From assembly GCF_964355755.1 (NCBI RefSeq), contig NC_092673.1:33787648-33851647 (forward strand): a DNA stretch of 64,000 nt, in the 5' to 3' direction. The DNA comes from Antedon mediterranea. Taxonomy: Eukaryota; Animalia; Echinodermata. The stretch's first letter is position 1, and the number at the start of each line of letters is the position of its first letter. Below, one piece after another: positions 23,916 to 36,800 of this stretch. The notes beneath the pieces were generated by a model, which was given only the letters and a program-made list of their open reading frames with translations, made no database searches and was not told the origin of the DNA. The translations under genes were made by a program, and so were the position numbers.

Positions 23916-25526
23916 TTAATGTTTAAAGGATCTAAATTGTACATTTATGCCGGTAGGGGCAAGAGTGCCAAGCTTTACAATTATTCTTTCTTCTATAATT
24001 CTACGAGATGTCTCAGAACCATTACATACTTTAACACCAGAAATAGTAATATCCGAAAGAGAATGCTCATTATTACAAAAATGGGTGGCTACAGGTAATC
24101 CGGGAGTCTTTAGTTTAATAGACCTTAAATGTTCTACAAACCTATCACCTAACCTGCGTTTAGTTTCACCAATATAAAGCATATTACATTTAGTACACGA
24201 AATACAATAAACTAGATTTCTAGTGGTGCACGTAATACGATCTGTGATAACATAATTACCAGAAGGTCCTACTATTTGGTTTGAACATGAAACGTAATTA
24301 CATGTCGAACATCTATTTCTATTACATTTGAATGTTCCAGTTGATTCATTACCTTTGTTTTGTAATTTAGATTTAACTAAAGTGTCTTTAATGCTTTGAT
24401 CACGTCTGTAAGCTATCATGGGTGGTTCTTGAAAAATATCTTTTGTAGCGGATTTATCTTCAGTCAAAATTGAAAAGTTATCGCGGACAATGTTAATAAC
24501 CTTCTTATTCATAGGATGATACGTGAGGACTAGAGGTATGCGGTCACAAGCATTTGTATTATGTGTAGGTTGCAATGTGTCCTCGTGCGTTAACTGGCAA
24601 ACTTTTCTTAGAGATTTCACAGTAATGTCAGATGGATATTCGCGTGCATTGAAAAAATCGATCATCTCAGATGCTTTGATGTTAAAGTCATCATCATCGC
24701 TACATAAACGTCGAAGTCTAACAAGTTGCGAATACGGTATAGCATTCTTACAAGCTGGAGGATGCGAAGAGTTGTAATTTAGATAAGTGTGCGCGTCAGT
24801 ATCTTTGTAGTGGACGGATGTAGAAAGACCAGGTTTATCAATAGATAAACTAATATCAAGGAAAGGCACACACTTGTCAGAAATTTCATGAGTAAACTTT
24901 ATAGCAGGATGAAAATTGTTCACAAAGTTAATGAACTCATTAAGTTCATCTAAAGTTCCCGACATAACACCAACACAATCATCAATATACCGTTTGAATA
25001 AATCTGGTTTCTTTCCCTTATAATCTCGTAACACATTCTGCTCAAAATACCCCATAAAGAGGCAAGCAAAGTTAGGTCCCATTTTTGTACCCATGCTTAT
25101 CCCAGAAACTTGCCGAAAAAACTTTCCATTGAAGTTGAAGGCTGTAGTATTAAGTACAAGTTCAGCGAGACGTAGTATTGTCGATGCGGGATATTTAATT
25201 GAATTATCTAGTTCAATAAAATGTCTCATTGCGCTAAGTCCATCTTGAATAGGAATTGATGTGTATAAGGCCGTAACATCCATTGTAAAAAGATAAGCAC
25301 TCTCAGATGAAAATGTATAATCTTTAAACAAAACTACAGCTTCTTTGCTATCTTTGATGTAGGTTGGCAGATTTTGTACAATTGGCTTCAAGATTCCATC
25401 CAAGAACTCGCTTATAACAACTGTAGGCGCGTTACAAGCGGAAACAATAGGTCTACCAGGACTGTTAGTCTTGTGTATTTTAGGTAACATGTAAAAGCTA
25501 GGACAAGTGGCGTCAGAATTAATCAA
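23916..25526 (-). CDS. Penelope-like reverse transcriptase / GIY-YIG endonuclease (N-terminally truncated, uninterrupted 536 aa)
   Basis: LPKIHK, GRPIVS, MDVTALYTSIP, GISMGTKMGP, RYIDD, FLD, Cys-rich linker KCNRNRCSTC (Neptune hallmark), LVY..C..C..LYIGET..RFVEH. Confidence 0.92.
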   Translation of the reverse strand: MINSDATCPSFYMLPKIHKTNSPGRPIVSACNAPTVVISEFLDGILKPIVQNLPTYIKDSKEAVVLFKDYTFSSESAYLFTMDVTALYTSIPIQDGLSAMRHFIELDNSIKYPASTILRLAELVLNTTAFNFNGKFFRQVSGISMGTKMGPNFACLFMGYFEQNVLRDYKGKKPDLFKRYIDDCVGVMSGTLDELNEFINFVNNFHPAIKFTHEISDKCVPFLDISLSIDKPGLSTSVHYKDTDAHTYLNYNSSHPPACKNAIPYSQLVRLRRLCSDDDDFNIKASEMIDFFNAREYPSDITVKSLRKVCQLTHEDTLQPTHNTNACDRIPLVLTYHPMNKKVINIVRDNFSILTEDKSATKDIFQEPPMIAYRRDQSIKDTLVKSKLQNKGNESTGTFKCNRNRCSTCNYVSCSNQIVGPSGNYVITDRITCTTRNLVYCISCTKCNMLYIGETKRRLGDRFVEHLRSIKLKTPGLPVATHFCNNEHSLSDITISGVKVCNGSETSRRIIEERIIVKLGTLAPTGINVQFRSFKH

Positions 25527-25734
25527 TGGCGTCAGAATTAATCAATATATGGGCTGTATATATATATATATACTTTGCACTTCACGCCAAAAAGTCTTGG
25601 TAAAGTTTTTACCATTACCTTTCCTACTGAAGAGTATTTGAACTCGGAATATTAAGTTTCTCTAGTTTCCCTTTTTTGGCAGTACAGAATCCAACCCTGA
25701 CCAACAATTATGTTTTGTAGATTAAAGCAGACCT

Positions 25735-25838
25735 GTTCTCCAATATGTTATAAAGATTTGGCAAGATCTTCTTGAGATATCTTGTAAATGGACGGAAAGA
25801 CAGACATATGACATTGTCCTTGGCGGAGGTGTAAATAT
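25735..25838 (-). mobile_element. Fragment of the CCTCCGCCAAGGA repeat family (Helentron/HINE-like), related to 51925-52335
   Basis: Minus strand ACCTCCGCCAAGGA..TGTCTGTCT..TTACAAGA..AGATCTT parallels the longer copy. Confidence 0.5.
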
Positions 25839-25849
25839 AATTTTAATTT

Positions 25850-27190
25850 TAATAAGTAATGCAATTACCATATTACGAATGAGGGTACGTTTATTGTAAA
25901 TACATAATATAAAAATAACGCTTAAAAGAGAACGACGTTTCGACTCCATCATGGGGTCATTATCAAGTCCAATGAATAAAATATAAAACAACAACTAATT
26001 AAGTAGCACAAGCCAAGGGTCAAAGTTTAAATAACAAAAGACCTATTGTCTAACATCCTGTCAAATGAAAAGCTTAGCTTTTACAGAGTCACTTTGTTTA
26101 TTCAGACTAGGTTTTAATTGTCTGATATACAACTTTTCATAGATAAGACAGTCAAATTTGTTTTTGCATTTCCTAAGTATACTAAAACATGAATTAATTT
26201 TACTTGGATTAACAATCACGTTATGATCCTTCAAATGCTGTCCTATTAAGCATCTACTATGTTCAACAATGCGTTGGTAGAGGTGTCGGCATGTGTATCC
26301 AACATAACTTGCATCGCAAGTCACATTTAAATTTATACACAACACATTGTTGACTTATAATAGTAGGTTTCTTTTCGACTTTCCTAATGTTATCTTTAAC
26401 TTTTTTACTTATGAATACAGGGACAATGTTTTTGTTTATCTTGTGACTTAGTTGGCATAGTTGTCGCTTGACGGAGTTCGCAGATTTTTGGTCTTTGAAT
26501 GGCAGGATGATTCGCACTGGTATTTCGGATAAATCTGTTTCACCTTCTGCAGTGTTGTTATTGCTCTCTGCTGGTTTAAAGTTCTGTATGGTTGTTGTTA
26601 TTAGTTCATCTGGATATTTCAGACGCTTAAAAATCTTCCTTAGAATTTCACATTCATCATTAAAAAGCTGGTGGGTCGACGATAGTTTGTAAGCCCGATT
26701 TAACATAGTTATAATAAGTGACCTTTTATACTTGTTGTCAACGTGACTATTGTAGTGTAGCAATAAGCCTGTGTCTGTTGGCTTTCTATAAACTTGTGTG
26801 TGCAATTTTTCCACATCTTTGGTTATCAGCATTCCTAGGAAAGGGATTGAATTGTTCACGGCAGTTTCCATTGTGAACGCTATCGCAGGATGGGTTGTGT
26901 TAAGTAAAGCTAAAAATTCATTGGCTGCTTCTAGATTTGGCATGAATACTAGTGTGTCATCAACATACCGTTTGTAGTATTTGGGCATGTGGTTCGTAGA
27001 TTCAAGGCGTTCCTCGATGTGGCACATAAATACATTTGCCATAAGGGGCCCTAGAGGTGATCCCATTGCAACTCCATCAACCTGTTCATACAAGTTACCA
27101 TTAAATTGGAATAGCTGATCTTTCGTTGCTATATTGAGGAGTACAATTAAATCGTCCTCTAAGTTTAGTCCATAATTATCGTTGAACCAT
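25850..27190 (-). mobile_element. 5'-truncated, frameshifted Penelope/Poseidon-type retroelement
   Basis: ORF 26263-27093: YEQVDGVAMGSPLGP, RYVDD, FLG, VYRKPT; GIY-YIG VVYKFKC continues after a frameshift in ORF 26061-26345 (CDASYVGYTCRHLYQRIVEH..E..YI..LKPSLN); no Cys linker. Confidence 0.9.
25930..25970 (-). ncRNA. Variant minimal hammerhead motif in Poseidon pLTR
   Basis: GGAC-UUGAUAA-U-GACCCC(AUGAU)GGAGUC-GAAACGUC-GUUC; the core deviates from CUGANGA, so activity is doubtful. Confidence 0.6.
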
Positions 27191-27623
27191 ATTTATTCGA
27201 ATAAACTCCCTGGGACGTAAATTGTTCGGGTTGGGGGGTTTAAGGCAGCGTTTTTTGTTCAGGAGGGTTTTTAAGGGGCGTTTATTCAAGGGAGGCATTT
27301 ATTAGAAGGAGACATTTATTATTTTTAGTGTAATATGGTAACATGTATAATCAAATAAATACACCCACCCTAGGTATGATAAAAAAATACAACACAATTA
27401 ATATCAAGAAGTGAAAAAATACAGTAAAAATGCTTGGTCAATTGCATATCATGGATGTATATTTTTTTGTGGACATTTGATGAGGAAAAAATAAAGGCCC
27501 TGAGCGTTTAATTTGAGGGGGATGGGGGCTTTATTCCGAATGATGTTCCCTAGTGGGGAAGGGGGAATGGGGGTTAGGTTGCAGGGCCTATTCAACACAG
27601 AGCGTTTAATTGAATAAATATGG
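27187..27623. mobile_element. MITE with CCATATTTATTC TIRs (Tc1/mariner-pogo-like)
   Basis: CCATATTTATTCGAATAAAC versus GTTTAATTGAATAAATATGG followed by TA; internal GGCGTTTATT-like repeats. Confidence 0.7.
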
Positions 27624-28173
27624 TACATTTCCAAATCCAATTGATATTCAATGACAGCTCATCAAAAGTTCAGGTAATTGCGCACTTTCCTTTTGACATC
27701 CAAGAAATTATAAGCTTTTCCAAGTCATCACTCCCAACATAAGTCTATTATTAGCGCACCTCCATTTCACAAATACTAGACCTAGACCAGGCCTTGTCTT
27801 TTGAAAAGTATAGGTGTGCTACAAATTTCACTCCTCAATACATTCAGGGGTGTAGGTGTGCTGTTTGTATTTTGGTGTGTAGAAGTTTACCAAATTTACC
27901 TCAATGGCAGTTTAGGAGTGTGTTAGGTGAGTGATCACACTCGCTCGCCTTAAAAGACAAGGTCTGCTAGACTGATGATTAACACCCTCTCTCCCACAAC
28001 ACGCTCACACGAACATGTTTAATAAAATGAAGTCAAAACAGAATTTACCTTTAAAAAATGTCTTTTATTAAAAAATAATAATAATAATTTACCATATACA
28101 TTTATATATTTCATTGTTTTCTCTGGTTATATAGCACCGTTTCTGTATTCTCAATTCTCTACCACAAATGCAC

Positions 28174-28366
28174 AAATTAAGTTTGATAAACACACAATAG
28201 CACCTGTACAGTAAATTAAGTTTGATAAACACACAATAGCACCTGTACAGTAAATCAAGTTTGATAATAGCACCTGTACAGTAAATTAAGTTTGATAATA
28301 GCACCTGTACAGTAAATTAAGTTTGATAAACAGACAATAGCACCTGTACAGTAAATTAAGTTTGAC
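28174..28366. repeat. 30-39 bp minisatellite, ~5-6 copies
   Basis: AAATTAAGTTTGATAA(ACACACAA)TAGCACCTGTACAGT repeated. Confidence 0.9.
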
Positions 28367-29164
28367 AATCAAATGTATTAATATGTATGACAGAATTACA
28401 TCTTGAAAGTTGTTATTGCACTTATTCACCTACTTGTTACATTTGCAAAATTGATTTATTTAAAATACTGAGCACCAACAAAATAAATTAAATTATCTCT
28501 CAATTAAAATCTAAAAAGTACAAAATACTGTAAAACCTCAGTAATATAACTATCCTAATATATATCTTGTTAAAACATGCAAATCTATGGAGAATATACA
28601 ATATTTACAAATAAATAAATTAAAAATATAAAACTGTTTAATATTTCCAAATAATAAATTAATTTCAAATATAGAACTCTACAATATTTAAAATATAATA
28701 CTGTATAATATAAGATAAGATATTATTTATTGGTCCATCATAAAATATGTTGGAAATTCATTTTCAAAATGGCATACATACAAAAATACATATACAAATT
28801 TACAAATCTATAAATATAAAACAAATACTGACATCTTATTGCACACTGATTAATCTTATTGAATTCATTAAAAATGAACAAATATTTGATGAACGGTGAG
28901 CTTGTTATCTTAGACCAGAAGACATAAATATATATTAACTATGTAGAGGGCAGGATTCATCCAACATAATATAATATATACAATTTATAATACTGTATAT
29001 CAACGATTTTAAATATAGCACTGTAGAATGTTTACAAATAATAAATAACCTATTTCATATAACATTATACAAGCAGGTTTATAAAAGAGCCTGTTTCTGA
29101 TGAGATAGAGAGTATGGATTTAAAATACTGTATTTTAAAAGAACGGTATTGTCTTGTCATCAGA

Positions 29165-32100
29165 AAAATGTGTCCACATTGAATTTATCTGTCTGCTGCC
29201 ATCATGTAAAGTGATTTGATATTAATACACGTTATTTAGTTTGATAAGATGATATATACTGTATATATAAAATGTGTCCACATTGTATTTATCTGTCTGC
29301 TGCCATCATGTAAAGTGATTTGATATTAATACAGGTTATTTAGTTTGATAAGATGATATATACTGTATATATAAAATGTGTCCACATTGTATTATCTGTC
29401 TGCTGCCATCATGTAAAGTGATTTGATATTAATACACGTTATTTAGTTTGATAAGATAATATATACTGTATATATAAAATGTGTCCACATTGTATTTATC
29501 TGTCTGCTGCCATCATGTAAAGTGATTTGATATTAATACATGTTATTTAGTTTGATAAGATGATATATACTGTACAGGGGTGGCGCCAGGATCTTCCCGA
29601 CGCGGGGGCTACATTCCCCGACGAGGGGGCGAAGCGAGCATCACTAGGCTGGGGGCCAGGGGGCCGCCAAGGGCCCCCGGTGGGGGTCCAGGGGGCGAAA
29701 CCCCCGGAAGCAACGCGTTCTAGCGTCATTTGAGGTCATTTTAATCAGATTTAGGGTAGCCATTTTTTCCATTTTTTATAATGCATAAATAAAATACTGC
29801 GTGCAAAAAAACGATGCGCGATGACTGTTTCAATCCATATTTTTCAATTTAAAAAATAAATGTTCAAAGAAAATTTAGAAAAATAGAGGTGGAGGTCCCG
29901 AAAATTGGACTTATTATACTTCAAAACATGAAACAAAATATATAAGTCCCTATCATGGTTGTGACTGAGCTAAGAAATGTTTGAAAAATAGAGATGTTAG
30001 GTCCCGGAAAATGCACTTCTTGTACTTCGAAATGACCAGCTTTATTGTTGGGGCTGAGCTAAGAAAATGTTTAAAACTAGAGCTGCAGGTCTTCAAAAAA
30101 TTGCATTTTACACTTTGGAAACATCAGGCATAGAGGCTTAAAAAACGCAAGTAGACCTTTTTCAGTCGGGAAAATAAGTTTATTCCTCCCAAGTGTATGC
30201 GTGCGTACCATCTGGACTTCCGAGTGGTGAGAAATTCATGACATACAGGACATTGAAAATGTAATAACTTAGCAATAATAAGATGTTGGCTAAGCGAAAA
30301 TGGCACGTTTTTTTTGTTTAGTAATTGATGAAAAATTTATTTTAGGTGCCCCACGGTACAGAAGGTTACTTATAAATTAAAAAATTGGTGAACATACGAA
30401 CAATTAACTTAATTTGTTTTTGCTGTAGTGTAGCGTACGTCGACACAGTACACGACGTAACCGTCGGTAAACTTCGCCTGGAAAATAACTACATACAGTA
30501 CACATTTTGGTCCCCTGATGGAACATGATATCACGCGTCTCGACCCAACGTTGAACGATTCGTACAAAGGGATACCGCCAGACAAGTGCGTACCTAACTA
30601 TTGTTTAGTAGTAAGTTAGATCGCTGGCAATAATGAATGCATATAAAGTGCATAATATCACTCTGACGTACTCTCACGGTCAATGAAATGTCGCGGTTTT
30701 CTAGGCGCTGAAGCTAGCTACGAAGTGAACGCGAACGCTTTTTACTGTATATTATATTCCCCGACAAAAAGTACCCGTGTTCCCTTCGGTAACCGTCGGT
30801 AAACTTCGCCTGGAAAATAACTACATTACACATTTTGGTCCCTGGATGGAACTTGATATCACGCGTCTCGACCCAACGTTGAACGATTCGTACAAAGGGA
30901 TACCGCCAGACAAGTGCGTACCTAGCTAATGTTTAGTAGTAAGTTAGATCGCTGGCAATAATGAATGCATAAAAGTGCATAATAGCCCTCTGACGTACTC
31001 TCACGGTCAATGGAACGTCGTGGTTTTCTAGGCGCTGAAGCTGTATGAAGTGAACGCGAACGTTTTCACGCTGCTGCTCTAGCCCGCTACGTCACACGAG
31101 ATGACTCATTCATTAGATGAAATCAAGCAGCTTTATAGTACTACACTTTGACATTTTTGTTAAAATGGAAACTCTACTATAATTTATTGGTACCACCTGT
31201 TGAATCCAAAAACGGCTGAGAAAAGAGTCTAACGACAAATCCCAAAGCATTCTGGTATTTATGAGTCCCATGATATAATTCGCTGTCAGATAATCATTGA
31301 ATTATTATCAAAACAGTCCATTGAAGTTTTTGTTTGTAATAGGATACTTGAAGCATCTAAGCGTGATGAAGTGACCCCCAGACTTGACCTTAGCAATATA
31401 CAATAAGCGAGCAGCGTTTTTTGTAAGAAATATTCTTGTTTACTGTATATTAGGTCGTGTTTATACAACACCCTAAATTTGAACACGGCTTTAATTTTTA
31501 GCGTGTTGTTCGGACTGAGGTCAACCCACCTTAACGTTTGCTGTTATACTAGAAATCACGATACCGTGTTGTACCGGAAGTTTCATCAACACGCAGTGCA
31601 TGCTAGGATAAAAGGTCAAATCGTTGATCGCTTGAATTGAATTGTTGGCTGGGTTGTCAACAAATCATCGTCGCCTCCTCGCTGTCCGATGTATTCGCGC
31701 GGTTTACCGTTTTCATTATTGTATTCGTTCACGTTTGCATTGTTGTTTATTTTGTTCTCGGTTCATTTATATTAATAAAAGTTATTTTAAGGGTTTCATT
31801 GTTTCATCTATACACTATGGAAGAAGATGCCATTTTTGCGATGTTATTTTTTATTCTGATTGGAGTGGGAAACGATAGTCTTATAGTCTATAGAGGCCTA
31901 CTACCACTACGAGTTGCCAGGCTAGGCGTAAGACGTGGTAGGAGGATGATTGCTGGCAGCGAAGCAGCAATAAATGGGCCCAATCTTGTTAGACGTCGCA
32001 TGACATGATTGATATTACGACCTGTTTTAACGAGAGGGGGGGGGGGGCTAGGCTCCCCGACGAGGGGGATACAGCCCCCGTAGCCCCCCCCCCCCGCTGG

Positions 32101-32542
32101 CGCCACCACTGATACTGTATATATAAAATGTGTCCACATTGTATTATCTGTCTGCTGCCATCATGTAAAGTGATTTGATATTAATACACGTTATTTAGTT
32201 TGATAAGATGATATATACTGTATATATAAAATGTGTCCACATTGTATTTATCTGTCTGCTACCATCATGTAAAGTGATTTGATAATATACGTTATTTAGT
32301 TTGATAAGATGATATATACTGTATATATAAAATGTGTCCACATTGTATTTATCTGTCTGCTACCATCATGTAAAGTGATTTGATATTAATACACGTTATT
32401 TAGTTTGATAAGATGATATATACTGTATAAGTATAAAATGTGTCCACATTGTATTTATCTGTCTGCTGCCATCATGTAAAGTGATTTGATATTAATACAC
32501 GTTTTTTAGTTTGATAAGATGATATATACTGTATATATAAAA
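29165..32542. repeat. 104 bp minisatellite, ~8 copies, split 4+4 by a hAT insertion
   Basis: AAAATGTGTCCACATTGTATTTATCTGTCTGCTGCCATCATGTAAAGTG... units at 29165-29574 and 32112-32542. Confidence 0.95.
29575..32111. mobile_element. Non-autonomous hAT DNA transposon, 2537 bp
   Basis: TIRs CAGGGGTGGCGCCAG / CTGGCGCCACCACTG (1 mismatch); perfect 8 bp TSD ATACTGTA (29567-29574, 32112-32119); subterminal CCCGACGAGGGGG motifs at both ends; internal ~285 bp direct duplication (30458, 30789); no transposase ORF. Confidence 0.93.
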
Positions 32543-32804
32543 AATGAATAAATCTCAGCAAAAAGAAACAATAGTTAGTATTATAGGTATCCAATCTATT
32601 ATTAATGGTTTATCATAAATTTATGATTTAAACAGAAAAACTATGTAGTTTATAAACAATAAGATTAAAACGGCCCTGTTCTGCACTGTGAATGAACCAA
32701 GGGAGCAACGGTTTTCAATGTATTAATCAGCTATGATAGCCTACTTGGAAATATTATACTCCGCTAAGGTAATGCAAAGTGCTATTTCTACTCTGTTATA
32801 CGAA

Positions 32805-33243
32805 CAAGGGCAACGATTTTCAACGTATCTATAATATTTCTGCCCTGCTTCAATAGGAGCAAGGGCAACGATTTTCAACGTATCTAAAAATTTCTGCCCT
32901 GCTTCAATAGGAGCAAGGGCAACAATTTCCAACGCATCTATAATATTTCTGCCCTGCTTCAATGGGAGCAAGGGCAACGATTTTCAACGTATCTATAATA
33001 TTTCTGCCCTGCTTCAATAGGAGCAAGGGCAACGATTTCCAACGTATCAATAATATTTCTGCCCTGCTTCAATAGGAGCAAGGGCAACGATTTACAACGT
33101 ATCTATAATATTTCTGCCCTTCTTCAATAGGAGCAAGGGCAACGATTTTCAACGTATCTGTAATATTTCTGCCCTGCTTCAATAGGACTAAGGGCAACGA
33201 TTTCCAACGTATCTATAATATTTCTGCCCTGCATCAATAGGAC
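32805..33243. repeat. 55 bp minisatellite, ~8 copies, downstream of the NLR stop codon
   Basis: AATAGGAGCAAGGGCAACGATTTTCAACGTATCTATAATATTTCTGCCCTGCTTC repeated. Confidence 0.95.
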
Positions 33244-33863
33244 TAGAACGCATAAATATATATTGACTATGTAGAGAGTGAGATTCATCCAACATAATAT
33301 ATTATAATATAGCAATTAGAATTAACAATTACAGAAAGAATAATAAAATTGAGAAAGAATATACCTGAATGGGCTCATCATAATGAGATATCAATGTAAA
33401 GCTAATGATAATGATGAACAATAAAGGGCGATTGTTATAAATGCAAAATGGTATATTCTAGGTCACAATACTGATCATTAGAATGTTTCTGTTAAATCTT
33501 ATTTTTTAAATTCTGTCCCAAAATAGAAATCAATAGGTATAGGTGTAGTAGGTGTACGATCTATCATTAATGGTTAATCACAAAAATGAAGATTAACAAC
33601 ATCTGGTTGTAAAAAAATCTTAAAACATAGAAAATAATTACCAAGTAGATTACAATGACAATCAATGTTACTTCACTGATGGTTAAAATAAAAGGCCCAA
33701 TCTAATAATGTTTGATATTCTACAAAAGTCACAGTGTCTAGTTTATTTTTTATATCCAAATATGTATCTAATTACACAAATAAATTAACTGAAGAATATA
33801 TAATTTCTGCTGAGCTACTGTATGTATTTCATAGTCAGGTCTAGTCAAGATTTGTCTACTTTT

Positions 33864-36800
33864 CTAGTATAGGTCAAACCAATCACTAACACTGATCCAT
33901 TCTAATCTAGCAACTGATGTTTCATCTGTGATGTCTGAAAGGTCATTGCCCCAAAGATTCAGCATACCATTTTTCAATATTATTCCATTCCTTTCACATT
34001 CTTTCAGTACATACAAAATGATACCACCTGAAAGATTGCAATCTGCTAAATTGACATGTTCTAGATTGGGAGATAATTTTAATAAAAGAGCCAATTTCCT
34101 ACCAATTAAAGATAAGTCAAGCCGACTTAAATCCAACTTTTTCCAAGTAAATATCCTATCATGATCAAAACAGGCATCTATAAGACTATTTAGGTTATCA
34201 ACAGACAGACTGTAATCACACCAATCAAATGTGTCACAATCTCTATGAACCAAAAACCATAAAAGTGAAACACTATCAATATCTGAAAGATTGTTTACCT
34301 TCAAATTTAGCATGCCAGGTTTCAATACCACATTGTTTTGATCAAATACATCCAGTAATTCTATTATCATACTACCTGAGAGATGACAATTACTCATATC
34401 AAGAAGTTGTAGTTGTGGAGAAAATTTTAATAAACAAGCTAATTTTGATACTTTAATTGAAGCTAGGTTAATCCCACTTAAAATCAATGATCTCCATGTC
34501 AATATCCTACAATGTTCATTATAAGCATCTACAAGGCATTTTAGGTGATCAACTGACAGGCTATAATTACACCATACAAAAGTGTTTTGATTCATATAAA
34601 TTAGGTCCATCAACCTAAAAAGTGTAACACCATCAATATCTGAAAGATTGTTTCCTCTTAGATCAAGCATGCCAGGTTGCAATACCACATTGATTTTATC
34701 ACATTCATTCAATAAATCTTTTATAATACTACCAGAGAGATGGCAATTACTCATACCGAGTAGTTGTAGTTGTGGAGAAAATTTTAATAAACAAGCTAAT
34801 TTTGATCCTTCAATTGAAGTTAGGTTAATCTCACCCAAATTCAACAATTTCCATCTTAACTCTCTACCATGTCCATAACAGGCATCTACAAGGCATTTTA
34901 GGTGATCAACTGACAGGCTATAATTACGCCATACAAAAGTGTTTTGATTCATATAAATTAGTTCCACCAACCTAAAAAGTGTAACACCATCAATATCTGA
35001 AAGATTGTTTCCTTTCAGATCAAGCATGCCAGGTTTTAATTCAACATTGTTTTTATCACATTCATTCAATAAAGCTTTTATAATACTACCAGAGAGATGG
35101 CAATTACTCATACTGAGAAGTTGTAGTTGTGGAGAAAATTTTAATAAACAAGCCAATTTTGATCCTTCAATTGAAGCTAGGTTAATACCACTTAAAATAA
35201 ACGATCTCCATGTCAATATCCCACAATGTTCATGTTCATTATAGGCATCTACAAGACTTTTGAGGTGATCAACTGACAGGCTATAATTACACCATACAAA
35301 AGTGTTTTGATTCATATAAATTAGTTCCACCAACTTAAAAAGTGAAACACCATCAATATCTGAAAGATTATTTCCTATTAGATCAAACATGCCAGGTTTT
35401 AATACAATATTGTTTTTATCACATTCATTCAATAAATCTTTTATAATACTACCAGAGAGATGGCAATTACTCATACCGAGAAGTTGTAGTTGCGGAGAAA
35501 ATTTTAATAAACAAGCCAATTTTGATCCTTCAATTGAAGCTAGGTCAATCCCACTTAAAATGAACGATCTCCATGTCAATATCCCACAATGTTCATGTTC
35601 ATTATAGGCATCTACAAGACTTTTGAGGTGATCAACTGACAGGCAATAATTACACCATACAAAAGTGTTTTGATTCATATAAATTAGTTCCACCAACCTA
35701 AAAAGTGAAACACCATCAATATCTGAAAGATTGTTTCCTATTAGATCAAACATGCCATTTTTTAATACCATATTGTTTTTATCACATTCATTCAATAAAT
35801 CTTTTATAATACTACCAGAGAGATGGCAATTACTCATACCAAGAAGTTGTAGTTGTGGAGAAAATTTTAATAAACAAACCAATTTTGATCCTTCAATTGA
35901 AGCTAGGTTAATACCACTTAAAATCAACAATCTCCATGTCAATATCCTACAATGTTCATTATAGGCATCTACAAGACTTTTGAGGTGATCAACTGACAGG
36001 CTATAATTACACCATACAAAAGTGTTTTGATTCATATAAATTAGTTCCACCAACTTAAAAAGTGAAACACCATCAATATCTGAAAGATTGTTTCCTATTA
36101 GATCAAACATGCCAGGTTTTAATACAATATTGTTTTTATCACATTCATTCAATAAATCTTTTATAATACTACCAGAGAGATGGCAATTACTCATACCGAG
36201 AAGTTGTAGTTGCGGAGAAAATTTTAATAAACAAGCCAATTTTGATCCTTCAATTGAAGCTAGGTCAATCCCACTTAAAATGAAAGATCTCCATGTCAAT
36301 ATCCCACAATGTTCATGTTCATTATAGGCATTTACAAGACTTTTGAGGTGATCAACTGACAGGCAATAATTACACCATACAAAAGTGTTTTGATTCATAT
36401 AAATTAGTTCAACCAACCTAAAAAGTGAAACACCATCAATATCTGAAAGATTGTTTCCTATTAGATCAAACATGCCAGGTTTTAATACCATATTGTTTTT
36501 ATCACATTCATTCAATAAATCTTTTATAATACTACCAGAGAGATGGCAATTACTCATACCGAGAAGTTGTAGTTGTGGAGAAAATTTTAATAAACAAGCC
36601 AATTTTGATCCTTCAATTGAAGCTAGGTTAATACCACTTAAAATCAACAATCTCCATGTCAATATCCTACAATGTTCATTACAGGCATCTACAAGACTTT
36701 TGAGGTGATCAACTGACAGGCTATAATTACACCATACAAAAGTGTTTTGATTCATATAAATTAGTTCCACCAACCTAAAAAGTGAAACACCATCAATATC

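Larger units (their letters stand above)
23575..25546 (-). mobile_element. 5'-truncated Penelope-like retroelement, Neptune-type
   Basis: RT plus C-terminal GIY-YIG ORF, 3' pLTR with hammerhead, (TA)n at both ends, 19 bp tandem duplication TGGCGTCAGAATTAATCAA at the truncation point. Confidence 0.92.

Noticed and set aside
31286-32139. Short ORFs inside the hAT element as transposase
   Set aside because: No BED finger, DDE or hAT dimerisation motifs; low-complexity translations.
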